DNA of 64,000 nt, taken from the NCBI GenBank assembly GCA_965226475.1, contig CBDDDJ010000002.1, forward strand, positions 862,697-926,696. Direction: 5' to 3'. Source of the DNA: Alphaproteobacteria bacterium (lineage in GTDB: Bacteria > Pseudomonadota > Alphaproteobacteria > GCA-2731375). A program made the translations under genes and the position numbers. A model generated the notes under the pieces. The model ran no database searches. It worked only from the letters and a program-made list of their open reading frames with translations, and was not told where the DNA came from. Positions 20,582 to 32,010 of the stretch are shown piece after piece. Within the stretch, counting starts at the first letter, position 1, and each line of letters starts with the position of its first letter.

Positions 20582-22668
20582 GTCTCCCCTCCCCCGAGCG
20601 TCACCACGATGTTGCCGCCCGCCATCACCTCGAGGTCGGCGCCGGGGCCGACCACCAGGGTCGATTCCGCCTCCTCGACGATCGCCGGCCCGGCGAGCCG
20701 GTCGCCCGGACGCAGGCGGGCCCGCTCGTGCACCGGCGTCGGCCCGGCTTCCCCGAACGCCGGAAAGAAGACCGGCCGGTCGCCCTTCAGCGATCCGGCG
20801 CTGTCCCCGCCCCGCCCCGCCGCGCCGGGACTGGCACCAGCGACGGGCGCGTGGAGCGAAATCCGCAGGTTGACGATCTCCACCGCCACCTCGGGCGGCG
20901 CGCGGGTGAACTTCTCGACGTAGACCCGCTCGTAGGCGGCGCGGATGGCGGGTTGGCTCGCCTCAGTGAAGGGGCCCTCGGGTAAGGGCACGACGATTTC
21001 GAAGGCCTGGCCGGCGAAGCGCATGTCCGCCTCGCGGCGCGCAATCGCTGTCGCGGGATCGAGCCCCGTCTCGGCGATCACCACGCGCGCTTCGACCTCC
21101 ATCGCCTGGTAGGCCGCCTCCAGCGCCGGCCAGTCGGCGCGATCGAGCAGGCTTGTGTGCGCCGACACCCGGTCGACCCGGGCCGGTGCCAGCAGCAATC
21201 CCAACGCCGAGGCGACGCCCGCGGCCGGCGGACAGATCAGCCGCGGGATGCCGAGCTTGACGGCCACGTGAAAGGCATGCACCGGCCCCGCCCCGCCGGT
21301 CGCCAGCAACGTGAAGTCGCGGGGATCGCGGCCCCGCTCGGCGATATGGACGCGCGCCGCGCTCGCCATGTTCTCGTTGACGATATCGTGGACGCCCCAG
21401 GCCGCGCGCTCGGGCGACAGGCCGGTCGCCGCCGCGAGCTCCTCCATCGCCCTCCGGCAGGCGTCCATGTCGATGGCCATGTCGCCGCCGGCGAAATAGT
21501 CCGGGCTCAGATAGCCGAGCAGGAAGTCGGCGTCGGTCACCGTCGGCTCCCGCCCGCCCCGCCCGTAGGCGGCCGGCCCGGGCTCCGAGCCGGCGCTTCG
21601 GGGTCCGACCTTCATCAGGCCGATATCGTCGATGCCAGCGATGGAGCCGCCGCCGGCGCCGATCTCGATAAGCTCGATGGTGGAGATGCGGATCGGCAGG
21701 CCGCTCCCCTCGATGAAGCGCTTCTGCCTGGCCGCCTCGAAGCCGTGCGCGATCAGCGGCTCGCCGTCGGCGATGACGGAAAGCTTCGCCGTGGTCCCGC
21801 CCATGTCGAAGGCGAGGAGGTCGGGGCCGCCCTCGGTCCGGCCGAGATACGCGGCGGCGAGAGCGCCGGCCGCCGGCCCCGATTCCAACAGCCGCACCGG
21901 CGCCCGCTTGGCTTCCGCCAGATGGGTAAGGCCACCGCTCGACAGCATCAACAGCAGGCTCGCGCCGATCCCGCGCTCGCCGATCCGTCCCGCCAGCGCG
22001 TCGAGATAGGTGGCGGCGAGCGGCATGATGAAGGCGTTGGCGACGGCGGTGGAGGCGCGCTCGTATTCCCGGACCTCGGGCGCCACCTCGCTCGACCGGG
22101 TGACGGCGAGGCCGGGGTGCGCCGCCTCGATGCGCGTGGCCGCCTCGATCTCGTGCGCCGGATTGGCGTAGCTGTGAAGGAAGACGATGGCGAGGGAGCG
22201 CACCCCGTCCGCCACCAGGCCCGCCGCGACCTCGTCCAGCGCCGCCACGTCCAGCGGCGTTTGGACCGTGCCGTCGGCGCGGGCCCGCTCCGCCACCTCG
22301 CGGCGAAGCGGGCGGGGCACCAGCGGCTCCGGCTTGCGGATGGCGACGTCGTAGAGCTCGTACTTCCGCTCCCGCCCGATCTCCAGCGTGTCGCGGAAGC
22401 CTTCGGTGGTGACGAGGCCCGTGACCGCGCCCTTGCGCTCGATCAGCGCGTTGGTGAAAAGCGTCGTGGCATGAACGACGCGGCCGATCCCGGCCGCCGG
22501 CACGCCGTCCTGGGCGAGGATCAGGTCGATCCCGTCCAAGACGCCCCGCGCCGGATCGTCGTGCGTGGTCAGCACCTTGCGGCTGAGGCGCTCGCCCGCC
22601 TCGTGATCGAAGACCACGATATCGGTGAAGGTGCCGCCGATATCGATGCCGAGGGAATAGCGGCTCAT
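20578..22668 (-). CDS. Hydantoinase A / 5-oxoprolinase subunit (ATP-dependent)
   Basis: GIDIGGTFTD, SGPAAG, DMGGTT, IGAGGGS, PTVTDA. Confidence 0.93.
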   Translation of the reverse strand: MSRYSLGIDIGGTFTDIVVFDHEAGERLSRKVLTTHDDPARGVLDGIDLILAQDGVPAAGIGRVVHATTLFTNALIERKGAVTGLVTTEGFRDTLEIGRERKYELYDVAIRKPEPLVPRPLRREVAERARADGTVQTPLDVAALDEVAAGLVADGVRSLAIVFLHSYANPAHEIEAATRIEAAHPGLAVTRSSEVAPEVREYERASTAVANAFIMPLAATYLDALAGRIGERGIGASLLLMLSSGGLTHLAEAKRAPVRLLESGPAAGALAAAYLGRTEGGPDLLAFDMGGTTAKLSVIADGEPLIAHGFEAARQKRFIEGSGLPIRISTIELIEIGAGGGSIAGIDDIGLMKVGPRSAGSEPGPAAYGRGGREPTVTDADFLLGYLSPDYFAGGDMAIDMDACRRAMEELAAATGLSPERAAWGVHDIVNENMASAARVHIAERGRDPRDFTLLATGGAGPVHAFHVAVKLGIPRLICPPAAGVASALGLLLAPARVDRVSAHTSLLDRADWPALEAAYQAMEVEARVVIAETGLDPATAIARREADMRFAGQAFEIVVPLPEGPFTEASQPAIRAAYERVYVEKFTRAPPEVAVEIVNLRISLHAPVAGASPGAAGRGGDSAGSLKGDRPVFFPAFGEAGPTPVHERARLRPGDRLAGPAIVEEAESTLVVGPGADLEVMAGGNIVVTLGGGET

Positions 22669-22684
22669 CGTCCCGCCTCCGATC

Positions 22685-24344
22685 CTAGTCCTCGTCCCGC
22701 GTCGCATGGGGCGGCGGCTGGAAGTAGCGTGGGATCGGACCGATCGCCTCGATGTCGACCTCGACCAGCGCCGGGCCCGCGACGGCGAAGGCGCGTTCCA
22801 TGCAGGCGCCGAGGTCCGTCGCGCGGCTCGCCCGCTCGAACGGCATCCCGGCGAGCTTGGCGAGCCCCTCCAGGTCCGGCCCCTTCAAGTCGCCATAGAG
22901 AGTGGCGGCCGCCATAGAGCGCGTCCTGGATATGCTTGATGACGCCGTAGCCCTTGTCGTTCATCACCATGAAGACGACATCCGCGTTCTCCTGCGCGGC
23001 GGTGAAGATCTCGCTCATGTTGACGGCGAAACCGCCGTCGCCGCACATCGCCATCGCCTTCCGGCCCTTGGCGCCTATCGCCGCGCCGACGCCGAGGCTG
23101 AGACCCGGGCCGATCGCCGCGCTCACCGGATATACGCTGTCGCGGGGACCGTTAAGCGCCACGAGGCGGTGCCCCCAGGTGGAATTGGAGATCGTGACGT
23201 CGCGCACGAAGACCGCGTCCCTCGGCATCACGGCGCGGAGCGTCGCGGGGAAGTCGCGATAGGGACCGAGTCGGTCGAGATAGTTCTCCATCGCTGCCGT
23301 CTTTGCGGCGAGCAGGTCGTCGTGGTAGCCCGGGGCGAGCGCCAGCGGCCCGGCGAGGCGATCGGCCATCGCGCCCAAGGCCGTGCCGGCCTCGGCGGTA
23401 ATGAAAAGGTCCGAGGTATAGGTCCCCCCCTCTGCCGCCGGGTCGATGTCGATATGAACGCGAGGCTCTGGCAACGGCATGGTCATGTCCCGCGTCTCGT
23501 GCCCCTTGAGGCGGGAACCCGCGACGATCAGCAGATCGACGCTTTCCATGAAGGCCTCGATCTCCGGCAGGCCGGCGAGCGCGCCCAGGCTACGGGGATG
23601 GTCCTCGGCCACCACGCCGCGTCCCTGCCAGCTGGTGATGACGGGCAGGCCGGCCTCTACCAGGCGCATGACCTCCGCGCCCGCGTCGCGCGCGCCGTTA
23701 CCGAGCCACAGCAGCGGCCGGCGCGCGTGTCCCAGCATTTCCACCAGCCGGTCCATCCTGGCGGGGTCGGGCGCCGGGGCCGGCGGCACCGGCAGGGCGG
23801 TGTCGAGTTCCGTCGGGCGGGCGATCTCGGTCCGCTGAATGTCGATCGGGATCTCGACGCTGACGGGGCCGCGCGGCGGGGTCATGGCCTCGGCGGCGGC
23901 GCGTATCAGGGTCGGTATCGCCGTCTCGGCCGAGCGCACGCGGTAGGCGGCCTTGCCCACCGACTTCAGCATGCCCAGCTGGTCGGGCACGTCGTGCACC
24001 GTCTGCTGGCCCTTGTCCATGTTGCCCGTCGCGGTCTGGCCGGTGATGTGCAGCACCGGCACGCCGGCGAAATTGGCCTCCACCAGGCCGGCGACCGCGT
24101 TGGCGGCACCCGGCCCGGTGCTGGAGAAGAGCACGCCGAGCCCGCCCGACACCCGCGCGTGCGCGTCCGCCATGTGGCCCGCCCCCGCCTCGCCGCGCGC
24201 CATCACGCAGCGGATGGCGTTCCGCCGGCCGATCCCGTCCAGCATCGGGATATTGTGCACCGAGATCACGCCATAGGCGGTGTCGACGCCGATCCCTTGC
24301 AAAAATTCGGCGACGGCGTCGCCGACCAGGTAGGACTCGGGCAT
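22685..24344 (-). pseudogene. Thiamine pyrophosphate-binding enzyme (acetolactate synthase-like) with an apparent 1-nt frameshift near the 3' end
   Basis: YGVISVHN, TGPGAAN, GDGGF...MNDKGYG TPP motif; C-terminus (YGDLKGPDL...GPALVEVD) continues in another frame from ~22900. Confidence 0.8.
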
Positions 24345-24455
24345 GGGGTATTTCCTCATGGCGTAACGGGAGGGAATGATGCCGGATACCTCCCCACGGC
24401 TCATGGTGGCGGGATCGCCCGGGCCGAGGTGCGAGTTCGGGGTGCCGTCAAGACA

Positions 24456-25214
24456 TCAAGAAATCGTCGTCCCGCTGTCGACCGTCAAGATATGACCGGT
24501 GGTGATGCGCGATTCGTCCGAAGCCAGGAAGAGGGCCGTGTTGGCGATGTCCTCCGGCTCGGCCAGCCCCACCAGGTGGGAGCGCGAGAGGTCGCCCACC
24601 TTGTCGTCGTGGGCCAGGATGTTGCGCACCCGGGGCGTCAAAGTCACCGAGGGGGCGATGGCGTTCACCCGGATGTTGTCGGCGCCGTATTCGGCCGCCA
24701 TGGACCGGGTCATCGAGGCGACGCCGCCCTTGGCCGCGGTATAGGAATCGCGCCCCGGGATCGCCATCAGGGCGACGTTCGAGGTCATGTTGATGACCGA
24801 GCCACCGCCCGCCTCGATCATGCCCGGAATGATCGCCCGGCTGCAAAGCCAGGTGCCGAAGAGGTCGACGGAGATCACCCGCCAGAACTCCTCGACCGAG
24901 CCCTCGGTGACGCGGCTGTCGTTCAGCGACGAGCCGCCGGCGTTGTTGTGCAGCACGGTGATGTTGCCGTAAGCCTCGACCGCCCTCGCGGCGGCGGCGG
25001 CGACGCTTTCCTCGTTCGTCACGTCGACCTCGACGAAGACCGCCTGGTTGCCCGCTTCGTTCACCAGCCCCACGGTCTCCTCGCCCGCCGGGACGTCGAT
25101 GTCGGCGACGACCACGCGCGCGCCCTCGCTCGCGAACAGCCGCGCCGTCGCCCGCCCGATGCCGGATCCCGCCCCGGTGATAAAGGCGATCTTTCCATCC
25201 AGTCGCGCCATCAT
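24456..25214 (-). CDS. Short-chain dehydrogenase/reductase
   Basis: TGAGSGIG, NNAG, YTAAK, ITTGHILTVDSG. Confidence 0.92.
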   Translation of the reverse strand: MMARLDGKIAFITGAGSGIGRATARLFASEGARVVVADIDVPAGEETVGLVNEAGNQAVFVEVDVTNEESVAAAAARAVEAYGNITVLHNNAGGSSLNDSRVTEGSVEEFWRVISVDLFGTWLCSRAIIPGMIEAGGGSVINMTSNVALMAIPGRDSYTAAKGGVASMTRSMAAEYGADNIRVNAIAPSVTLTPRVRNILAHDDKVGDLSRSHLVGLAEPEDIANTALFLASDESRITTGHILTVDSGTTIS

Positions 25215-25324
25215 TCCCTCCCTCGGAAATTATAGGCGGGACTATAGCGCAAGCGACGAATTGACGCGCAACGGGTCGCCCGCGGCATCCCCTCGGGGTA
25301 TTGGGGCAAACGGAGGCATCGCGA

Positions 25325-26243
25325 TTACAGTTGGGGACGCACGCGCTCCGCGAACGTTTCCATGGTCGCGAGAATGCCGTCGTGGGATTGCGCCGACAGG
25401 TCCAATACCACGTGTTCCAGCCCCAGTTCCCGATACGCCCCGAATTGCTCGACCGCCGCGTCGACAGTGCCGGTGATGCTGGAGAGTGGCCTTGGGCGAT
25501 TGGCCTGTCCCGTGGAATAGGTCCTGCCCGCCTCGAAAGCCCCGTCGAGCGACAGCCCGATGCGACAGGAAAATGCCGGCTCGCCCCGACGGTCATTCTT
25601 CACCCAAAGCTCCCCTACGTGCGCGCAGCCGGGAGCCATTATCCGGCGCCAGAAGGCCCGAGGCATGCCAGCCGTCCCCCAATTCCGCGACCCGGCGCCG
25701 CGAACGGGCACGGTTTCCCCCGACCCAGATCGGCGGACCGCCCGGCCGCACCGGTTCCGGCGAGGCCTGCATTTGGTCGAAGCGGTGGAACTTGCCGTCG
25801 ATGCCGACCGTGCCGTCGGTCCAGATGTCGCGCATGATCCGCAGACATTCGTCGCTGTAATCACCGCGCGCCTCGAAGGGCGCGTTCAGGGCGGCGAACT
25901 CTTCCGCCATCCAACCCGTTCCCGTCCCCACGATCACCCGGCCCCCGGACAGTTGATCGATAGTGGCGAGCATCTTGGCCAGCACGATGGGGCTGCGATA
26001 GGGCAGGATCAGGACGCTGGTGCCCAGGCGCACCTTCGTCACGACCGCCGCAAGGTGGCTCATCAAGGCGACGGGCTCCAGCATGTCGTCGCGGTAGGTG
26101 ATCTCCATCGAGCGCGGCACGATGATATGGTCGGTCATCCAAACGGAATCGAAACTGAGCGCCTCGGCCCGCCGCGCGACGTCGAGCACGCGCCCGATCT
26201 CGAGCGTCCTGCCGTAATGCGGAATGCAAACGCCGAAATCCAT
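25325..26243 (-). pseudogene. LLM-class (probably F420-dependent) oxidoreductase with a frameshift at ~25640
   Basis: FDSVWMTDH, RLGTSVLILPYR, DQLSGGR, PPIWVGG, GDGWH; C-terminal half (...ETFAERVRPQL) is in another frame. Confidence 0.8.
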
Positions 26244-26339
26244 GTCCGAACCCTTTCATCCACCGCCCGGTCGCGGCATTCACACGGAGCGTGATCCGGC
26301 CGCCTCCACCAGACAAGTCCCTCTCGCGGGCGGCACGCG

Positions 26340-27362
26340 TCAGTTGGCGGCCAGCAGCTCCACCACTGCGCCCCTCAAGAAGGCCTCGTCCTCGGGGTTC
26401 AGCGTTGGATTGCCGGCCCGGTGACCCCAGATCGAGGGGATCGGCCGGAATTCAGCATTGGGCATCTGATCCGCCTCGATCCGGCTGTCTTCCGGCGTGA
26501 AGTAGAGGTCCGTCTCCGACGGCATGACGAAGGTCCGCGCCGTGATGGCGCCGAGCGCGGAAGAGAGGTCGCCCGCGTGGAGGGGATTGTCCGCGATGTC
26601 GGAGGCGGACCAGGTATCCAGGCTGGCCAGCAGGTTGTGGGGATCGCGGTGGAGGAAGTTGGCCTCCCACGAGCGTACGAGGAAATCCTCCAGGCTGGAG
26701 AAGCCGACCGCCTCGTAGGCCCTCTCGCGGTAGAAGGCCTGCGACATGGCCCAGCCGGCATAGACCCGGCCCATGGCACGCAGGCCCCGAACCGGATGCG
26801 CCTCGAAATGATCGCCGGCCCAGGCGGGATCGCCGGTCAGCGCCGCGCGCACGCCCTGGAGGAAGACCTGGTTGTGCACCGAAGTCTTGGCCGAGCCGCA
26901 GATGGCGCAGATCCGCTTCACCCGATCGGCGTGGATCGCCCCCCAGTGCAAGGCCTGTTGCGCGCCCATCGACCAGCCGTAGACCAGCGCCAGCTCCTCG
27001 ATGGCGAAGACCTCGCGCAACATCCGGCTCTGGGCTTCCACGTTGTCCCAATGGGTGAACACCGGATAGCGGTCGGGACCGAAGGGCCGCGCCAAGTTCG
27101 ACGGCGAAGTCGAGAGGCCGTTTGCGAACATGTTGGGGATGACGATGAACCAGTCGGTCGGATCAAGAATGCATCCCGGCCCGATCAGCCACTGGATGTC
27201 GTAATGCTGGGCACCGTACGAGGTCGGATAGAGAATGGCGTTGGATTTGTCGGCGTTGAGGGTGCCGTAGGTTTGGTAGGCGAGTTCCGCCCTGGGCAGC
27301 GTGATGCCGCGTTGCAGGGTGAAGTTTTCGATCTCGAAGATTTCGTAGTCGCGGTCCGCCAT
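26340..27362 (-). CDS. Alpha/beta hydrolase, homoserine O-acetyltransferase-like
   Basis: YQTYGTLNADKSNAIL, GWSMG nucleophile elbow, DLYF, WGHRAG. Confidence 0.85.
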   Translation of the reverse strand: MADRDYEIFEIENFTLQRGITLPRAELAYQTYGTLNADKSNAILYPTSYGAQHYDIQWLIGPGCILDPTDWFIVIPNMFANGLSTSPSNLARPFGPDRYPVFTHWDNVEAQSRMLREVFAIEELALVYGWSMGAQQALHWGAIHADRVKRICAICGSAKTSVHNQVFLQGVRAALTGDPAWAGDHFEAHPVRGLRAMGRVYAGWAMSQAFYRERAYEAVGFSSLEDFLVRSWEANFLHRDPHNLLASLDTWSASDIADNPLHAGDLSSALGAITARTFVMPSETDLYFTPEDSRIEADQMPNAEFRPIPSIWGHRAGNPTLNPEDEAFLRGAVVELLAAN

Positions 27363-27985
27363 GTCGCCGTTCCTCTCGCCCGTCGCCCGCACAGAAAGCA
27401 AGCGTAACGGATTTCCGGCCCGCACGCTGGACAGGCCCCAACACCGCCATGTACATCATGGCCCGACCCGCCTTGCCGTCGGCATCCGCCGGCTTCCGCT
27501 TCGACATTCGAACCCGAGAGGACCCGCCATGGACTTCGGCACCTTTCTGCTGCTGCAGTCGCCGAGCGCCAGGCCGCCCGAGGAGCTCTTCGCCCGCGCG
27601 GTCGAACTTGCCCAGACCGCGGACAGGCTGGGTTTCGACAGCATCTGGTGCGCCGAGCACCACTTCTCGACCTACGGCTATCTCTCGCGGCCCCTGATGC
27701 TGGCGATCCATATCGCCAACCGGACCGAGCGGATCCGCGTCGGCTCGGCCGTCGTGGTGCTACCGCTGCACCATCCCCTGATCGTCGCCGAAGAGATCGC
27801 AACCGCCGACGTGCTGACGGGCGGCAGGCTCAACGTCGGCCTCGGGCGCGGCTACCAGACCTACGAGTTCGAGCGGCTGGGCTTCACGCTGGGCGAGAGC
27901 CGGGAGCGTTTTGACGAGGAGGTCGATATTCTGCTGCGGGCCTTCGAGGGCCAGCCCTTTGCGCACGAGGGCAAGCATTATCAAT

Positions 27986-29010
27986 GGCTCAATTCGTGAA
28001 ACGTATGCATTTGTGATAGAATGCCCGGAATGTCAGGAGGTTGGGTCATGGACGGCAAGGGTTTCCAGGTGTGGCTTTCGGCGGCGCGCGGGCTGACGCG
28101 CGTGCAGCGGCACGAGGCGCTCGCGGTGCTGTCGGGCCGGAGCGAAGGCGAGGCATCGAAGGCCGCGATCGAGCTTGGTGTGGACGAGGCCCGGCGCTGT
28201 CCGCACTGCGCGAGCGAAGGGGCGGTTTCGCGCGGTATGGCGCGGGGTCTGCGGCGCTACCAGTGCAAGGGCTGCGGCAGGACCTTCAACGCGCTGACCG
28301 GTACGCCGCTGTCGGGCCTGCACCACAAGGAACGCTGGCTGTCGTTCGGGGCGTCGCTGGCGGAGGGGGAGACGGTGAAGGCCTCGGCGGCGCGCTGCGA
28401 CGTGGCGGTGAGCACGGCGTTCCGCTGGCGTCACCGGTTTCTGGCGGCGGCGCGGAGCGATTCGGAGGTGCTCAAGGGGATCGTGGAAGCGGACGAGACC
28501 TACGTCCTGGAGAGCCGGAAGGGCGCGCGCGGGCTGGGACGCAAGGCACGGCGGCGGGGCGGCAAGGCGAAGAAGCGCGGCCTCTCGCGCGAGCAGGTGC
28601 CGGTTCTCATGGCGGCGGACCGGAGCGGGACGACGGTGAGCGCGGTGCTGCCCAGGGTCGACGCGGCGGCGCTCACGGCTGCTCTCGACCCGGTGGTCGC
28701 GAAGGACGCCCTGCTGGTCTCCGACGGTGGCGCGAGCTATCCACCTTGCGCCGCCGCGCTCGGGGTGAGCCACGAAGCACTCAACCGCTCGATGGGGGAA
28801 CGGGTTCGGGGCGATCTGCATGTGCAGACGGTGAACAGCCGCCACAGCCGGTTGAAGGACTTCCTGCGTCCCCGCCGCGGCATCGCCACCCGCTATCTGG
28901 ACAACTACCTGAGCTGGTTCCACCTCGTCGGCCTCGCCCCCGGCGCCAATGACCGAGCCTGCCTCGCCGCCGCCGTAACAAGGTGACGCATACAATTCAC
29001 GAATTGAGCC
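27986..29010 (+). mobile_element. IS1595-family element type A, copy 1 (1025 bp)
   Basis: IRs GGCTCAATTCGTGAA(AC/TT)GTATGC; 8-bp TSD TTATCAAT at 27978-27985 and 29011-29018. Confidence 0.95.
28048..28986 (+). CDS. IS1595-family transposase (ISPna2-like, DD-N)
   Basis: CPHC...CKGC zinc finger, HTH, VEADETY, SDG, QTVNSRHSRLK, YLDNYLSW. Confidence 0.92.
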   Translation: MDGKGFQVWLSAARGLTRVQRHEALAVLSGRSEGEASKAAIELGVDEARRCPHCASEGAVSRGMARGLRRYQCKGCGRTFNALTGTPLSGLHHKERWLSFGASLAEGETVKASAARCDVAVSTAFRWRHRFLAAARSDSEVLKGIVEADETYVLESRKGARGLGRKARRRGGKAKKRGLSREQVPVLMAADRSGTTVSAVLPRVDAAALTAALDPVVAKDALLVSDGGASYPPCAAALGVSHEALNRSMGERVRGDLHVQTVNSRHSRLKDFLRPRRGIATRYLDNYLSWFHLVGLAPGANDRACLAAAVTR

Positions 29011-29602
29011 TTATCAATTCGGCGAGACCAGCGTCTATCCCCAGCCGATCCAGAAGCCGCACCCGCCGATCTGGGTCGTCGGCCAGAGCGCGGAGTCGGT
29101 CGTCGCCACGGTGAAGCGCGGCTTCAACCTGGTGAGCGGCGGCTTCGGCGTGCCGCTGGAGCGCCTACGCGAATTCCGCCGGGGTTTCGACGAGATGGAG
29201 GTGCCGGGCATCGACAAATCCAAGATCCGCGTCTCCACCCAGCGCCCGGTCTACGTCACCCACGACGAGAGCGAGCTGCCGGAGATCGTCGCCCAGGCGC
29301 GCTGGAACATGCGGGTGACCCTCAGCCTGCGCCAGGGCCTGGAGCGGGTCGAGAAGGGCCGGGCCATCGCCATCCCCTTCGAGAACGAGCCCACGGACGA
29401 GGAACTATTGGAGCGCTTCTTCGTCGTCGGCACGCCCGAGACCTGCATCGCGCGGTTGAAGGCGCTGGTGGAGGCGATGAGAATCGATCACTTCAACGCC
29501 AGCTTCTGGTTCGGCGACCTAGCCCACGACCGCGTGCTCAAATCGATGGAACTCTTCGCCGAAGAGGTGATGCCGGCGTTCGCTTGAGGCCCGCCAGCCG
29601 AC

Positions 29603-30706
29603 TCAGTCCGTCACGATCAGCTCCGGTCGTTGCGAGAGGGTGAGCGGCGCCGCGCCATCGCGGCCATACCAGACGAAGGCGAGTTCCGCCTCCCGCGTCG
29701 TTGTCCAGGTATCCAGGTCCGTGAGGAACGGTTCGTCGAGGGTGACGGTCTGGTCCCGGCCGGCGACGTCGATCGGAGCCGAATGGGTGGTGACCAGCTG
29801 CTGCGGCTTGCCCGCGCTTTCCTCGTCATGGAACGAGCGGAGGAAGATCTTGGCGTGCAGCTCGCCAGCCGCGCTTCCCGCCGTCGGGTGGACGCGAAAT
29901 CCGCCAATGCCGCGCTGGCGGAAGCGGGAATAGGTGAAGCTGATCGGATTGGCCGTGATCTCGAAGGATCGTGGTGCCTGCAAAATCAAGTATCCGACGC
30001 CAGGTACCGAGGAACGCATGGTGGCGAACGGGTTGGCGGGTTCGAACGCCGCGAAGGCGCCGCTCACCTCGCGCCAGCCGGGGTTGAGCTCGAGGAAATG
30101 CTTGGCGGCCCAGAAGACGCCGGGCTGATCGCAATCGTCGAGGACGACCAGGCCGCCCGGCCGGGTCCAGTTCGCCAGCGTGATCAGATCGTAGAAGGCG
30201 AACTCATAGGCGTGGTTGCCGTCGATGAAGGCGATGTCGATTTGCGGATCGTGACGGCCGAACTCGATGTAGAAATCCATCGAAGTCTTGTCGAGAAAGA
30301 CCACCAATTCCCGGAGTTCCTCCGGCCACTGGGCGAGAATGCCGGGCACCCGGTGGCCGCCATAAGGATCGGTGGTAACGAGTTGCCCGCCCTCCCCGTT
30401 GGCCCACATGGCCCGCGCGATTACCTCCGTCGTTCCGGCGAAATAGGTGCCGATCTCCACCATCAACTTGGGCCGCCAGGCCCGGACCAGCTGGTACATG
30501 AAGGCACGCACCCGGGGCGAGGCCAGCACGCGTTCGGGATAGTCGGTGAAATAGGCCTCGGCCCGGGCGCAGCCCGGCGTGTGGACCAGCGCCGGCAGGC
30601 GCGAGGCCTGGTCGGTGAAACCGTCCAGCGCCTCGACCGTGATGTCCTCCAGTACCCGCGACGTCATCCCGGCCACACTCCCGTTGTCCTTGCCTCGGGC
30701 GCCCAT
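29603..30706 (-). CDS. Class I SAM-dependent methyltransferase with a C-terminal extension
   Basis: VEIGTYFAGTT, IAFIDGNHAYE, PGGLVVLDD. Confidence 0.8.
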   Translation of the reverse strand: MGARGKDNGSVAGMTSRVLEDITVEALDGFTDQASRLPALVHTPGCARAEAYFTDYPERVLASPRVRAFMYQLVRAWRPKLMVEIGTYFAGTTEVIARAMWANGEGGQLVTTDPYGGHRVPGILAQWPEELRELVVFLDKTSMDFYIEFGRHDPQIDIAFIDGNHAYEFAFYDLITLANWTRPGGLVVLDDCDQPGVFWAAKHFLELNPGWREVSGAFAAFEPANPFATMRSSVPGVGYLILQAPRSFEITANPISFTYSRFRQRGIGGFRVHPTAGSAAGELHAKIFLRSFHDEESAGKPQQLVTTHSAPIDVAGRDQTVTLDEPFLTDLDTWTTTREAELAFVWYGRDGAAPLTLSQRPELIVTD

Positions 30707-30784
30707 GCTGGCGGAACATGGTTAGGGAAGCCTTAAGCGGTCTGACGCCCGATTTGCTAAACTCGTTTCCGGGAGGAAATGGTC

Positions 30785-31951
30785 ATGAACGACATGCGGG
30801 AAACGTCGCTTGCGGCGGGCCAGCGGGTCCCGGCGAAGATCACCGGAGTCGAGTGCATCCCCTTGAACATCCCCTTCGAGGTGCCGTTCAAGATCGCCGC
30901 CGGCGCGGCGCGGCCGGTGGTCGAGACGCTGATCGTCAAGCTGTCGACCGACCAGGGCGTCGTAGGCGTCGGCGAAACCCAGGCCTGGCGCCGGCAGGGC
31001 AGCGGCGAGACGCTCGCCGGCCAGATCGACGTCATCGACAACCACTTCGCGCCGCGCCTGATCGGCCGCTCGCCCTTCGACGTCGCGGCGATCATGCACG
31101 AGCTGAACCAGGCGATGTACGCCACGCATTATTCCCAGGCCGCCGTGGGAGACGCGCTTTACGATGCCGTGGGCAAGCTGCTCGACGTGCCGGTCTGGCA
31201 GCTGCTCGGCGGCAAATGCCGCGAGACGGTGAGGATTGCCGCCGTCCTCACGATGAAGGGCTCGCTCGGGTCCCTCATGGACTCGGCCGAGGGCTTTTAC
31301 GAACGCGGCTTCCGCCACCTGGTGCTGAAGATCGGCGTCGACCCGGCCGACGACGTGCGCAACGTCGAGGCGCTGCGCAAGCGCTTCGGCGACGCGATCG
31401 AACTCCGGGTCGACGCCAACGCGGCGCTCGGCTACGACGCGGCGCTCCGCCTGCTGACGCGGCTCGGGCCCCACGACATCGAGTGCGCGGAACAGCCGCT
31501 CGCCATCTCGGATGTCGCCGGCATGGCACGCCTCGCGCGCGCCGTGGCCATGCCGGTGATGGCGGACGAATCCGTCTCGACCGATACGGCCCTCCTGGAC
31601 ATTATCCGCGCGGGCGCCGCCAGTTCGGCCCAGACCAAGGTCGCCAAGAACGGCGGCATCCATCACATCCGCCGGCTCTGGCATCTGCTGGCGGCGGCCG
31701 GCATGGGGATCAACCCGGGCAACCACCCGAGCACCTCCATCGCCACTTCCTCGGTCGCTCAGATGTGCGCCTCCTGGCCCGGGCCGCTGATGGCGGGCGT
31801 CTTCGCCGTCGGCGTCAGCGGCGCGCTGGCCCAAGACATCGTCGAGAATCCGATCCAGCCGGTGGACGGCGAGATCGCCATTCCCGACGGCCCGGGCTTC
31901 GGCCTGCAACTGGACGAAGAGGCGGTCGGGCGGCTCCGAATCGACACATGA
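30785..31951 (+). CDS. Enolase-superfamily enzyme (mandelate racemase/muconate cycloisomerase-like)
   Basis: GVGE, PVWQLLGG, VDAN, EQP, ADES, KVAKNGG, PDGPGFG. Confidence 0.9.
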   Translation: MNDMRETSLAAGQRVPAKITGVECIPLNIPFEVPFKIAAGAARPVVETLIVKLSTDQGVVGVGETQAWRRQGSGETLAGQIDVIDNHFAPRLIGRSPFDVAAIMHELNQAMYATHYSQAAVGDALYDAVGKLLDVPVWQLLGGKCRETVRIAAVLTMKGSLGSLMDSAEGFYERGFRHLVLKIGVDPADDVRNVEALRKRFGDAIELRVDANAALGYDAALRLLTRLGPHDIECAEQPLAISDVAGMARLARAVAMPVMADESVSTDTALLDIIRAGAASSAQTKVAKNGGIHHIRRLWHLLAAAGMGINPGNHPSTSIATSSVAQMCASWPGPLMAGVFAVGVSGALAQDIVENPIQPVDGEIAIPDGPGFGLQLDEEAVGRLRIDT

Positions 31952-32010
31952 CGGCGGCGAGCTTACCATCGGCGCCGATAATAGAGACGTCGAAGCCCCG
32001 GAGGCGCCCC

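Larger units (their letters stand above)
27529..29587 (+). pseudogene. LLM-class flavin-dependent oxidoreductase interrupted by an IS1595-family element
   Basis: WCAEHHF, GRLNVGLGRGY; removing the IS and one TSD restores ...GKHYQF-GETSVYPQPIQKPHPPIW... in frame to the stop at 29587. Confidence 0.92.

Noticed and set aside
22890-22920. Programmed frameshift in the TPP enzyme
   Set aside because: No slippery heptamer is evident; a simple 1-nt insertion or sequencing error explains it
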